Shown here one piece after another: positions 20,223 through 30,163 of a stretch of DNA of 56,048 bases. Each line of letters begins with the position of its first letter. Within the stretch, counting starts at the first letter, position 1. The notes below the pieces were generated by a model that searched no databases, was not told the DNA's origin, and saw only the letters and a program-made list of their open reading frames with translations. Origin of the DNA: an uncultured bacterium (GTDB lineage: Bacteria > CAYUVA01); NCBI GenBank assembly GCA_964448115.1, contig CAYUVA010000030.1, positions 1-56,048 of the forward strand, read 5' to 3'. A program made the translations under genes and the position numbers.

Positions 20223-20244
20223 AGGATATATTTACATATATCCT
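20223..20244. promoter_or_regulatory. Perfect inverted repeat AGGATATAT-N4-ATATATCCT, candidate operator
   Basis: 9-bp arms in the divergent spacer, between a minus-strand TTGACA (20260-20265) and TATAAT (20216-20221). Confidence 0.5.
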
Positions 20245-20354
20245 ATTTGTTCTCATCGATGTCAAGTGGTCTTCATCTCATTTGAAAATCTCTTGAGATC
20301 CGCTTGGATTATCGGTAAATTGTTTGCTGGAGCCATAAAAATAGGTATTAAATA

Positions 20355-22391
20355 ATGAGTAATCATCCAAGGACTACCGATTCCATTCTCAAGACTAGTA
20401 TAAGACGATCGCTGCTTATCGATATCGGCTGTGCGCTCACTGTTTATGGCTCCAGTCGCATCGAGGAAAACTACATCCCCCTGGTCTTATTTGTCCTGCT
20501 ATTATGGCTTCTCAGGGAGCTTCGGGTGGTTATCGTTCCCGATAAGGAGAAGCTGGTTGGCGCGGCAGTTGTTCTCATCTTCATTCTCGATGCGACCTTT
20601 AGTGAGAAGGGAATCTTCTTCGCCATGGTTCATGCCTTGAACCTAATGACCATAGCAGTCCTGTTTCGCAAACCGACCATGAAAGAGCTGCATCTAGCTT
20701 TAATGCTAGGCTTTTTCAATATCTCCATTACCGCCTCGGCGACGCAGGGTTTGTGGTTTGCGCCCCTTTTTTTAGCTTACCTGCTGGTTACTTTGATGGG
20801 CTTGATAAATACCAGGGCGGTCGATGCCACGGTTAGCTTTCCCAAGCGCGGCAAGGCGACCAGTTTTCTGTTCTTGGCAGGCGGAATGCTTGTATTGATA
20901 GCATTAGTCTTTGTGTTCACTCCCCGGTTGACCACGCAGAGCTTCATCGAGGGAGTAGTCCCGGCTCCGGGTATGGTCGGCTTCACCACCAGGCTCGATC
21001 TGGGGGACATATCATCGCTATTGAGCAGCTCGCAGGTGATTATGCGCGTCAAGGCTGACAGACCGCAATACTGGCGCGGGGGTGGACTGGACTACTTTAC
21101 CGGCCATGGATGGAGAGATTACACTGAGAAATACGAACATTATCGCAGAGGCAATCTCATATATCTACGCGGCGATGTTGACTTGACACAGGATTTCTTC
21201 GTCCAGGAGTACACATTGTTCACCGAGGGAGGAAAGGATCTCTTCGCCGCCTATCAGCCGATGCTGCTTTCCGGGATGCCAAGAATAAAGTCAGTCCTGG
21301 TCAGCCAGACTAAAGGGATAACGGTCTCTGAAGATATCAAAGCTGGCACCGAGTACACGGTTTACTCTGCCCCTTATGAGTCGAGAAGACAGATTCTGAT
21401 AAAAGCCAGCGACCAAGATCCCGAATATATAAGGCGCATCTATCTGCAATTGCCTAAAGATTATCCCAAGATCAGGCAGTTCGCGCTGGATATCACCCGT
21501 CCTTTTGACAACCGCTATGACAAGGCAGCGGCAATCCGCATGTGGTTCCTGGAAAACTATGAGCACTCGCTGGAAGTGCCAGAGCTGGTCGGAAAGGATG
21601 TCGAATACTTCATACTGGAAGGTAAACGGGGCTACTGCTCCTGGTTCGCCTCGGCTATGTGCCTTATGCTTCGCACCATCGATATTCCGTGTCGCATTGG
21701 AGTAGGTTTCCGAGAGGGGATGTTCAACAATCTGGGTCGCTACTACCTGGTGCGCCAGAAGGATGCCCACGCCTGGGTCGAGGTATATTTCCCCGGCTAT
21801 GGATGGAACATCCAAGATCCCACACCAGGCGGGCTGATGGAGATGAATTTCCAAGACCGATACGCCATGTTTTTAGATAAGGCGCACTTTATATGGAGGC
21901 GCTTCATCATCGACTATCGCGCATCTACCCAAAGACGCATCTTCGAGGCAGTGGCTCATGGAGCAAAGGTAGCTTTCGAGCATATAAAGAGCCTCCCAGG
22001 CAGCATCCTCGGATTAGCCAGGAAAAACCCGCCTATGGCAGCAATAGCCTTTGTCTTATTGATGCTGGCGATTATCGCAGGGCTTCTTTATCGAGCAGGC
22101 TTGCTGGCAATAGCGATCCAAAGAATGCAGCTTATGCTCGTCTCCAAGAGAAGGCTGACCCCGGTTCAGCGGTTATACTTGAGGGCACTCAAATTATTAG
22201 CTGCCAGGGGTTACAATAAACACCCCTGGGAGACCGCCCGCGAGCTAGCCAAAAGGATACAAGCCGAGAACAAAGAGCTTGGAAGGGCGGTCTGGGGCAT
22301 AACCGATGCGTACGAGGAAGCGCGCTTTGGTTATAATGATGATATAGAGAGCCTTAAGAAACAGATAGATAATGTAAGGAGAATGCGATGA
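20355..22391 (+). CDS. TgpA-like membrane transglutaminase/cysteine protease (DUF3488 + transglutaminase core + DUF4129)
   Basis: N-terminal TM helices; YWRG; triad GYC.WFASAM / DAHAWVEVY / QDPTP; C-terminal ET.RE and YEEARFG. Confidence 0.9.
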   Translation: MSNHPRTTDSILKTSIRRSLLIDIGCALTVYGSSRIEENYIPLVLFVLLLWLLRELRVVIVPDKEKLVGAAVVLIFILDATFSEKGIFFAMVHALNLMTIAVLFRKPTMKELHLALMLGFFNISITASATQGLWFAPLFLAYLLVTLMGLINTRAVDATVSFPKRGKATSFLFLAGGMLVLIALVFVFTPRLTTQSFIEGVVPAPGMVGFTTRLDLGDISSLLSSSQVIMRVKADRPQYWRGGGLDYFTGHGWRDYTEKYEHYRRGNLIYLRGDVDLTQDFFVQEYTLFTEGGKDLFAAYQPMLLSGMPRIKSVLVSQTKGITVSEDIKAGTEYTVYSAPYESRRQILIKASDQDPEYIRRIYLQLPKDYPKIRQFALDITRPFDNRYDKAAAIRMWFLENYEHSLEVPELVGKDVEYFILEGKRGYCSWFASAMCLMLRTIDIPCRIGVGFREGMFNNLGRYYLVRQKDAHAWVEVYFPGYGWNIQDPTPGGLMEMNFQDRYAMFLDKAHFIWRRFIIDYRASTQRRIFEAVAHGAKVAFEHIKSLPGSILGLARKNPPMAAIAFVLLMLAIIAGLLYRAGLLAIAIQRMQLMLVSKRRLTPVQRLYLRALKLLAARGYNKHPWETARELAKRIQAENKELGRAVWGITDAYEEARFGYNDDIESLKKQIDNVRRMR

Positions 22392-22834
22392 GCAAAATGA
22401 TCGATATCTCTGATAAAACCCCCTCGAAGAGAACCGCGGTCGCCGAGGCTATTATTAGCATGTCAGAGGATACATTGCTTGAGATAATAAATGGAAGAGT
22501 AAAGAAGGGTGATGTGCTTCAGTCTGCAAGCACAGGGGCGCTTCTAGCCATCAAAAGGACCCCGACCTTGATCCCGCACTGCCACCCGGTGCCCATAGAT
22601 AACGCATCAGTGGAGTTCAATATCATAAAAGAGAGAGCGAGCATCGGCTGCCTGGTGTCGGTAAGCGGAGAAGCCAAGACCGGCTACGAGATGGAGGCGC
22701 TGGTTGGAGCATCAACGGCAGCGCTTATTATCTATGATATGTGCAAGTACATGGAAAAGGGGATGCAGATAAACTCGCTGCGCCTTTTATCCAAGACGGG
22801 AGGAAAATCAGGGGATTATAGTCGTGAGGAGTGA
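22388..22834 (+). CDS. moaC: Cyclic pyranopterin monophosphate synthase MoaC
   Basis: MIDISDK, KKGDVL, LIPHCHP, TGYEMEAL, IYDMCK, KTGGKSG; ATGA overlap with the upstream gene. Confidence 0.95.
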   Translation: MSKMIDISDKTPSKRTAVAEAIISMSEDTLLEIINGRVKKGDVLQSASTGALLAIKRTPTLIPHCHPVPIDNASVEFNIIKERASIGCLVSVSGEAKTGYEMEALVGASTAALIIYDMCKYMEKGMQINSLRLLSKTGGKSGDYSREE

Positions 22835-22848
22835 GGGCGGTTATGCTC

Positions 22849-24759
22849 TCAAAGCCCCAAAGGAGCGAATACCCCGATCTTGTCGGGAACTAAGACCTTA
22901 TACTTAATAACCTTTCCCTGATATGGTTCAATAGATGGAATATATCGTCGGATAAGGATGGTCCCTAACCTGTTGGCATGTTCCGATTCGCTATCTACCA
23001 CTGTTATCAAATAGGATGATCTATCTGGATAAAGGCTGGTTGTCTGTATATTTTCGGCTTTGCCTCTATTCTTTGAATAGAGAACCTCGCCGTCGAAGGT
23101 TGGCGCGTTCAGGTAAGAGGCTGCTGACTCATAATGATCGCAGAAGATTAGTTTCTTACCCGGGGGAAGGTTTCTAGCAATAATGGAGACCTGTGCATGA
23201 AACCGGCTGCGGATGCGATGTGCAGTAAGGTATAATAAGTCATAGGTAAACATGCTCTCGAAGAAAAGAAGAACAACGATGATGGCTACCAGGTCGGCTC
23301 TTTTTGAAAAAAGCCTCGACAGATTGACCATTCCGGCTGCGCTCAGGATGATAAGCACAAAGAATCCGCTGTAGTAATACCGTGCGCCGAAGAACGACAT
23401 GGCGCTGTGATCCCAGTATAGACTATAAGCGATTACTAGTCCGAGAAAGAAACTCAACAGATACAATCCCTGCTTTATCCTGCCAGGAAGAAATAATCCA
23501 AAGGGAACTAAGGCTAATGATATGAAGGGAAATCCGAACAACTGCATCGACAATCCGACCAGGTTGACCAAAAGATTGCATATTGCCCTTGCCGGGCTGT
23601 GCCCCTTGAATCCGACTTGCCCCCCTTGAGGGGAAAATGCTCCGAAATGGCGTGGCTGCGAGTCAAAACCTAACTTATCCTGTGGAAAATCGACATTGAA
23701 TGCCAGCTTATAAGGATCGCCGGTGAGCTGATAATTGTAAAAGCCATAGAGCATAACAAACAAGATGACTGGCAATGCGATCAAAAAGCCATTTTTTATA
23801 AAAGCCCACCTTAGCCTTACAACAGCCTGCACGAGAAAGTAAACCACTATAGGCAGCGAGATACCCACCGCGGTCAATGGACGAGATGTAAAGGCTAGAC
23901 CGAGTGTAATCCCAGCAGCCAAAGCATAGCGGACTCGCAGACTCTCTATTGCACGAAGCGAGCTATACACAAATGCTAATAAAAAAAATGCAGTTGGCGC
24001 GTGGGAAAGATACGAGGAGCTATGAATTACGACATAAGGAGAGAGCAGGCAAAGAATCCCTGCCAGTCGAGGTATTATCTCATCACCATATAACAAATAG
24101 GCTATCTTGACCACAAGCACGCTATCTAACGCAGAACATAATGGCACTATCAGCCAGGGCAAGCCGACCAGGAAGCCTACTGCCAATAGCATCGGATGCC
24201 CGGGGTGGAACCTGGAGAAGACCATGCCATCGAGATTGACCAGGTGCATGACCTTGAAGGCATCCCAGGGCTGCGGTGCCGGGATCTTGAGCAAACCACC
24301 TGCGAACATGCTTCCTTGGATGTAATAGACCACCTCGTCCGGCGTATGGGGGAGGCGATGAAATACTAGGTGTGCAGCCAGTAAGTACTCCAGCAGCGAA
24401 AGGAGGAATATCCACCATAAGAATCGGCGCCGGGGAGTGGATTTTATAGCCTCAAAGGCAGCTCCCAGCACTTTAGTAATGCCCCTGTTTCGCCTGAAAA
24501 GAAATCCGATGATAATGATAATCGGCAGGGTAATGAGCAGGCGATCTCGATTGAGCCTCTTTTGAAGGTGGGGAGACTCCCTGGAGAGTATCCAACTCAG
24601 GTTTTCAATGATGCTGTTATTGCTCGTTGATTGCTTATCCAGCCTCGGTTTAGGCGTGATATCGATGTACTCAAGCGGCGCGGAATGGGCATAATTGCAG
24701 GCAATAAAGGCTATCACCACGAGTACAACAAGAGCGCTGAGTATAAGCCTTACCTTCAC
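22849..24759 (-). CDS. GT-C fold membrane glycosyltransferase (PMT/ArnT, GT39/GT83-like)
   Basis: About 12 TM segments; TPDEVVY acidic motif in the first loop; LLSPY...SSYLSH; GARYY. Confidence 0.75.
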   Translation of the reverse strand: MKVRLILSALVVLVVIAFIACNYAHSAPLEYIDITPKPRLDKQSTSNNSIIENLSWILSRESPHLQKRLNRDRLLITLPIIIIIGFLFRRNRGITKVLGAAFEAIKSTPRRRFLWWIFLLSLLEYLLAAHLVFHRLPHTPDEVVYYIQGSMFAGGLLKIPAPQPWDAFKVMHLVNLDGMVFSRFHPGHPMLLAVGFLVGLPWLIVPLCSALDSVLVVKIAYLLYGDEIIPRLAGILCLLSPYVVIHSSSYLSHAPTAFFLLAFVYSSLRAIESLRVRYALAAGITLGLAFTSRPLTAVGISLPIVVYFLVQAVVRLRWAFIKNGFLIALPVILFVMLYGFYNYQLTGDPYKLAFNVDFPQDKLGFDSQPRHFGAFSPQGGQVGFKGHSPARAICNLLVNLVGLSMQLFGFPFISLALVPFGLFLPGRIKQGLYLLSFFLGLVIAYSLYWDHSAMSFFGARYYYSGFFVLIILSAAGMVNLSRLFSKRADLVAIIVVLLFFESMFTYDLLYLTAHRIRSRFHAQVSIIARNLPPGKKLIFCDHYESAASYLNAPTFDGEVLYSKNRGKAENIQTTSLYPDRSSYLITVVDSESEHANRLGTILIRRYIPSIEPYQGKVIKYKVLVPDKIGVFAPLGL

Positions 24760-24763
24760 CCCA

Positions 24764-25255
24764 TCATCCGGACAGCTTGATGATCTCCGCCTTTATTTCC
24801 AGCTCCAACTTTAGAGTTCCAACCGATCTATAAGGCGCAAAGAGCTTGTCGGTAGGGCTGCCGGGGTTCACCAATAGCACGCGGTTGACCTTTTTTATCA
24901 CCGGGATATGGGAGTGTCCGAAGATTATGCAATCGAGCTGCTCATCATCAAAGGCGGATAGCACCCGCTTGCTCAAGTTTATCGGTGATCCCCAGCCGTG
25001 AATCAAGCCGATATTAAACCCGCCGACGGTGATGACCTTTTTAACTGGCAGGTTCTCTGCAAAGGCTCCGTTATCCATATTGCCGCGCACCGAGATCACC
25101 GGCGCCACCTCCATGAGCTGATCGATCACCCGCTGATGAACATGGTCCCCGGCATGGAGTATCATCTTTGCATTGGTGAACTGCAACAGCACCGACTCCG
25201 GCAAATCTTTGGATTTTTCGGAAATATGCGTATCCGAGATAATGCCGATCTTCAT
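24764..25255 (-). CDS. YfcE/MJ0936-family metallophosphoesterase
   Basis: ISDTH, HAGD, VRGNMD, IHG, FGHSH, NPGS motifs. Confidence 0.93.
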   Translation of the reverse strand: MKIGIISDTHISEKSKDLPESVLLQFTNAKMILHAGDHVHQRVIDQLMEVAPVISVRGNMDNGAFAENLPVKKVITVGGFNIGLIHGWGSPINLSKRVLSAFDDEQLDCIIFGHSHIPVIKKVNRVLLVNPGSPTDKLFAPYRSVGTLKLELEIKAEIIKLSG

Positions 25256-26424
25256 GGCGTATTCTCCAGCAGCCTATTGAACGACCCTATTACCTTTTCC
25301 CACACGAAGTTATCCCTTGCATATTTCATGCCGTTTTCAGAGAGTCCACTATATAAATTACCATCATTCAAAAGTAAAGATAAGGCAGCCTTGAACTCGG
25401 AATAATCGGAATACCAAAGCCCGGCGTTACTTTTAGTGCAATGCCCAACCAGCACCTTGCTGGCTCCGTTTACCAGAACCGGCACCCCCAATGACATCGC
25501 CTCGATTAGCAGGATAGACAGGCTCTCATAGGCGGAAGGAACAATAATCGCCCTTGCCCCGGCTATTGCCTGCCACTTTTCGTGCTCGGAAACCATGCCA
25601 AGGTACTTTATATCATCGCACTTGGGGATGCTCATTGAAAGGGAGCCGATAAGTACAAGGTCTATATCGAGTGCAAGCTCTTTTTTGGATCCAAGAAAAT
25701 AACGTATCAAATCGCCGACACCCTTGCCTTCATCGAGCCTGCCAGCGTACAACAGGTACCGGCTTGACAGATCATGCCTTGCCCGGAACTCATCAAGGCT
25801 AATATCATCAGGGGGCTTAACGCCGATGCCGAGGACGGCGGAAGGTATATGCCCTATCCCGAAGAGATGCTCGGTGAATTCCCTTTCCCAGGGCGTCAGG
25901 TAATATATCCCCCTTGGAAGGTGGAAGACCTGCTTGAAGATATCGAGATATATGGGTGGCTCATCGTGGGTGCAGGGTACCAGCAGGCTCTTTTGCGGAC
26001 AGACATGCAGTCCATAATAGCTTGTGGGATACAGGTAGGTATAGAATATCAGCTTGTCATAGCGCTGGTGATTTTCCTGCAAATATCTTATCAGGCTCGG
26101 CGAAACCGGACCCTGCAGATCCATCCAGGCTAGCTCGTGCGCTAATGTATGTGGATTATTGTACAGCCAGGTGGAATAGCTGTCGAAGGCGAGCTTGTTC
26201 CTGGGCTGGGTGTTTTTGAATCTGCGGATGGTGATGCCATTAAGCTCCTGCTCCCCCTGGGCATAGTGATTATTCCATGTCTGGTAATCCTTGGCGCAGG
26301 TGGTCAAGATATCGATCTTGTGCTGCTCTTTGAGCCTTTGTGTTAATAGCCGGCAGTGCAGCTCCGCACCGCCGGTAACATCCTCGCCGAAGCGCTGGAT
26401 TATGAATCCAAGGTTCATCTGCAT
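25252..26424 (-). CDS. Glycosyltransferase family 4
   Basis: GGAELH; YAGRLDEGKG; PSAYESLSILLIEAMSLGVPVL (EX7E). Overlaps prfB and the phosphoesterase gene. Confidence 0.9.
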   Translation of the reverse strand: MQMNLGFIIQRFGEDVTGGAELHCRLLTQRLKEQHKIDILTTCAKDYQTWNNHYAQGEQELNGITIRRFKNTQPRNKLAFDSYSTWLYNNPHTLAHELAWMDLQGPVSPSLIRYLQENHQRYDKLIFYTYLYPTSYYGLHVCPQKSLLVPCTHDEPPIYLDIFKQVFHLPRGIYYLTPWEREFTEHLFGIGHIPSAVLGIGVKPPDDISLDEFRARHDLSSRYLLYAGRLDEGKGVGDLIRYFLGSKKELALDIDLVLIGSLSMSIPKCDDIKYLGMVSEHEKWQAIAGARAIIVPSAYESLSILLIEAMSLGVPVLVNGASKVLVGHCTKSNAGLWYSDYSEFKAALSLLLNDGNLYSGLSENGMKYARDNFVWEKVIGSFNRLLENTP

Positions 26425-27507
26425 AATCCCTTGCGCAGTGATTCGGTGATGAGCATATCGAGATCCCCGTCCAACACCGCGTTTATGTTACCTATCTCCA
26501 AGCCGGTGCGATGATCCTTGACCATCTGGTATGGCTGGAGCACATAAGATCGTATCTGGCTTCCCCATGCGATCTCCCTTTTTTGTGCCTCCTGAGCCTC
26601 CTTTTCCTTTTGCCTCATCTCCAGCTCCCTCTGGTGTAGCTTAATCTTTAGAATCTTGAGCGCCCAGGCTTTGTTTTTATGCTGCGAGCGCTCGTTCTGG
26701 CAACTGACCACGATACCGGTCGGGATATGGGTGATGCGCACCGCCGAGTCGGTTACATTTACATGCTGACCCCCGTGCCCTGAGGAGCGAAAGGTATCTA
26801 TGCGCAGATCCTCGTTTCGTATTTCTATTTCGATATCCTCTTCTATATCCGGGGTTACATCCACCGAAGCGAATGATGTATGCCTCCTGGCATTGGCATC
26901 AAAAGGTGAGATGCGCACCAGGCGATGCACGCCTTTTTCGCACTTGAGCAGCCCATAGGCATGCTCTCCCCTCACCGAGGCGGTTATGCCCTTGATACCC
27001 GCCTCCTCGCCGGCGGTGCGATCCAGCTCCTGCCAGGTCAATTGAAGGCGATCTGCCCAGCGAAAGTACATGCGAGCCAGCATCTCAGCCCAGTCCTGGG
27101 CATCGACACCTCCAGCCCCGGCGTGGATCTCGATGATGGCGTCCTTGTCATCGTTCTCCTGACCAAGATACATCTGTACCTCAAGCTGATCCACCAGAGC
27201 CTTCAACATGGAGATCTCATTTTTGATATCTGCCAGCACCGAGTGATCCTGCTCGTACAGTTCCATGAAGACCTCGATATCCTCGGCTTTTTGGTGTAGC
27301 TCTCGGAATGTTTCTATTTTATCTTGAAGGGATGATCGTTCCTTGGAGAGCTTTTTTACCAGGTCCTGGTTGCTCCAGGTCCCTGGCTGCCCCAGCATAT
27401 TATCAATTTCCTCGATCCTCGTTTTTGCCTTGAGCGGGTCAAAGATAGTCTCCCATCTTTTGTATTCTTGCCAGCAAATCCTCGAAGAGTTCCCTTTGTT
27501 CCTGCAT
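26415..27507 (-). CDS. prfB: Peptide chain release factor 2 with programmed +1 frameshift (about 363 aa)
   Basis: SPF and GGQ motifs. ATG 27507 reads MQEQRELFEDLLARIQKMGDYL, then CTT TGA C; the +1 frame continues DPLKAKTRIEEIDNM into the 327-aa ORF. Confidence 0.97.
27438..27454 (-). promoter_or_regulatory. RF2 autoregulatory frameshift site
   Basis: Minus strand GGGAGACTATCTTTGAC: SD-like GGGAG followed by the canonical CTTTGAC. Confidence 0.95.
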
Positions 27508-27639
27508 CCTAATTTTACCCTGCTATCTATATTTTTTGTTTCAAACCTAAATAATTATGTCAACAAAACCGATAAATTTCAAAAGCAGGCACCTTGGATG
27601 CACATCGCCGCCAGGTCCCCCCATGTCATTATCTTGAAA

Positions 27640-27697
27640 GTATGGGCGAACATAGGTGTTTGCTCGTTAATGGGCAGATGCCCGTGTCTGCCTCTAC
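27640..27697. repeat. Inverted pair of degenerate GTAG-type REP hairpins
   Basis: Plus strand GTAT-GGGCGAAC-ATAGGT-GTTTGCTC and minus strand GTAG-AGGCAGA-CACGGGCA-TCTGCCC facing each other. Confidence 0.55.
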
Positions 27698-27854
27698 TTT
27701 CATACGCTGAGGTGAGATAAAGTCCTCTTGGAGAGGGTTAGGGAGAGGGTCTTTTCCTTCCTACCCCACATCTCACGCCCCCAAGCCTATTACGCACCTC
27801 GCCCCACTTCGTGGCTAGGTTTGAATGACCGCTCGCTCACGCTCACCGCTCGGA

Positions 27855-29252
27855 TTACGCTATATTTCTTTGCGATCTTTGCGTCTTTGCGACTTTGCGT
27901 GAGGCTTCTTTCTTGGGTCCTTGTCCCGACTTTGTAGAGCCAAAATCGGGGAGATCTGCGGCTGGTTTTGTTGTGTCATTATTGTTAATGTCAATACCGG
28001 CTGCGATGCCGATGAACAATGTTGCCGGAAATGAAGAGACCGCAAGCTGAAACGGGAAGCTGAATATCGCATCGAAAAAGACCGCTCCTACAGCCAGGAT
28101 GATGCCTAGCTGCAGCGCCTTGTCAGCATTTGATTTAAGATTGTTGTGTCCAGCAATGGCTTTCTTCAGTAATACATAAAGCCAGATCAATAAACATAAG
28201 ATCCCCGGAAGACCGACCTCGGCTGCAAGTTGTAGATACTCGTTATGCGCCTCCCTTACCAGCACCCCCGAATAGTGCTTGATAAAGCCAATATCCCACT
28301 GCAACACCTTTGGGGCATAATCGTAATACTCAAGGCGAAAGCCTCCGGGACCGATTCCGAGTAAAGGATTATCAGCGATCATGGATATCGCTACCGCCCA
28401 GTAGAAGAACCGCGGCCCAGAGGTGTCCATCTGGTATTGACTGAAGAAGATAGCGAACTTCTCAGCCAAAGTGGGGGCAAATATCAAAATAAGCAATAAT
28501 ATCAAGATCAATGCTCCGGCGGTGATCGTGATCCTAAATTTTATGCTGATGAACCTGAGACCAACTAAAATAAAGATAGGTATCCCGGTAACCAGCGCCA
28601 GGATCACCGCCCGGGTGTGAGATAAAAAAATGCCCAGCACCGATAGGCTGAGAGCAAGCGCAGAGATGACCCTGGTTAACTTGTCTCGATGATAAAACAT
28701 GACTCCCAGAGCCAAAAATGGCGCCATGGAGAGATAGCCTCCCATCAAGGTCGGCTGCCCAACGAAGCCGGCAGCCAGCCATCTCTCGGTATATTGCGCT
28801 CTTCGTGCCGTAAATAAGGGATCGATCCCATGATACTGAAACAAGGCGTACAGGGACATGAGAGCTGCTGTAGCCAGGTATATCCACACCAGTTTCAGCC
28901 TCTGTCTTGTATTAAAGATCGCTGCTGCAATGAATACCAACATGATGTATAAGCCTACATGAACAAGGGCTATCAGCGACATCAGCGGATGACTGGATAA
29001 CAGGCAAGATAAAATGGCACAGAATCCAAATCCGATGAGCCATCTTCTTCCTGGATACAGCCTTCTCAGCCAATTTACTCCACCTGCCAGATCGGATAAT
29101 AAGAGCAATGCCAATAAAAGCAGCACTACATCAACGAAAACCTGCTTGGGGAGCCGGAAGGTGTTGTATCCGATGGGATTGAAGACAAAGGGAACCACGG
29201 CTAGACAAACATATATTATGTTGCGTGCAAATCTTGTGTTGACGCTTGTCAT
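27855..29252 (-). CDS. O-antigen ligase/O-oligosaccharyltransferase family (Wzy_C) membrane protein
   Basis: About 12 TM segments; SHTRA; R..YW..AISMIADNPLLGIGPGGF; AHNEYLQLAAEVGLPG. Confidence 0.88.
   Translation of the reverse strand: MTSVNTRFARNIIYVCLAVVPFVFNPIGYNTFRLPKQVFVDVVLLLLALLLLSDLAGGVNWLRRLYPGRRWLIGFGFCAILSCLLSSHPLMSLIALVHVGLYIMLVFIAAAIFNTRQRLKLVWIYLATAALMSLYALFQYHGIDPLFTARRAQYTERWLAAGFVGQPTLMGGYLSMAPFLALGVMFYHRDKLTRVISALALSLSVLGIFLSHTRAVILALVTGIPIFILVGLRFISIKFRITITAGALILILLLILIFAPTLAEKFAIFFSQYQMDTSGPRFFYWAVAISMIADNPLLGIGPGGFRLEYYDYAPKVLQWDIGFIKHYSGVLVREAHNEYLQLAAEVGLPGILCLLIWLYVLLKKAIAGHNNLKSNADKALQLGIILAVGAVFFDAIFSFPFQLAVSSFPATLFIGIAAGIDINNNDTTKPAADLPDFGSTKSGQGPKKEASRKVAKTQRSQRNIA
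27868..27902 (+). repeat. (CTTTGCG-N1-2)x4 array ending CTTTGCGTGA
   Basis: Units at 27868, 27877, 27885, 27893; same family as 48737-48763 and 48815-48840. Confidence 0.85.
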
Positions 29253-29387
29253 AGGTAAGGCATATCATTATCATAAATATAGGAAAACTGCTAAGCTGAA
29301 CCAGGGCACTCATAATTCGAGATACACAGTATCTTGTAATAAGGGACTTGAATTGTGGAACATGTTGTGTTAGGTTAGTCTTAAATT

Positions 29388-30161
29388 ATGGGAAGAATAA
29401 TCTGCATCGCTAATCAGAAGGGCGGGGTAGGGAAGACCACTAGCGCGGTAAACCTGTCCGCATCAATCGCCCTTGCCGGGAAAAAGACGCTCCTAGTTGA
29501 TTGCGATTACCAGGGCAACGCATCCAGTAGCCTAGGGCTTTACTCATTAAACGGCAACAATACGCTGTACAACCTTCTTTTAGGGCAGAAAGATATTGCA
29601 GAGATTACAAGCGCTACGCAGGTAAAGAACCTGATGATGATCCCCTCCAATATCGACCTGGTGGGCGCGGAGACAGAGCTTAAAAGCCAAAAGGGCAAGG
29701 AACGACTGCTTCAAAGACACCTGGCATCGGTGAAGGAAAGGTTCGATTATATCATCCTCGACTGCCCGCCGTCCTTGGGATTGCTGACCTTGAACGCCTT
29801 GACTGCCAGCAACAGCCTGCTTATCCCGTTGCAGTGCGAGTACTTTGCGCTTGAGGGGATCACCGCGCTGATGCGCACCTTCAAGATGATAAGGCGAAGC
29901 TACAATCCGCTGCTTGCCCTTGAGGGAGTGCTGCTGACCATGTATGACAAGAGAACCAATCTATCCAGGCAGGTGGAGTCTGATATCAGGAAACACTTCA
30001 AGGATAAGGTCTTTCGCACTGTTATCCCGCGTAATGTTCGTCTATCCGAGGCGCCGAGCCATAATAAGCCGATAATGCTGTATGATATAAAATCGCCTGG
30101 CGCACAAAGCTATCTTAGGCTTGCCAAGGAGATACTGAACAGACATAAGAAGGGAGCCTGA
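29388..30161 (+). CDS. parA: Chromosome partitioning ATPase ParA/Soj
   Basis: NQKGGVGKTT deviant Walker A; DCPPSLGLLT; QCEYFALEG; IPRNVRLSEAPS. Confidence 0.97.
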   Translation: MGRIICIANQKGGVGKTTSAVNLSASIALAGKKTLLVDCDYQGNASSSLGLYSLNGNNTLYNLLLGQKDIAEITSATQVKNLMMIPSNIDLVGAETELKSQKGKERLLQRHLASVKERFDYIILDCPPSLGLLTLNALTASNSLLIPLQCEYFALEGITALMRTFKMIRRSYNPLLALEGVLLTMYDKRTNLSRQVESDIRKHFKDKVFRTVIPRNVRLSEAPSHNKPIMLYDIKSPGAQSYLRLAKEILNRHKKGA

Positions 30162-30163
30162 TA

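Noticed and set aside
29352-29362. GTGGAACA upstream of parA (also half-sites near 32813 and 40343) as extra parS sites
   Set aside because: Only one half of the 16-bp palindrome matches.
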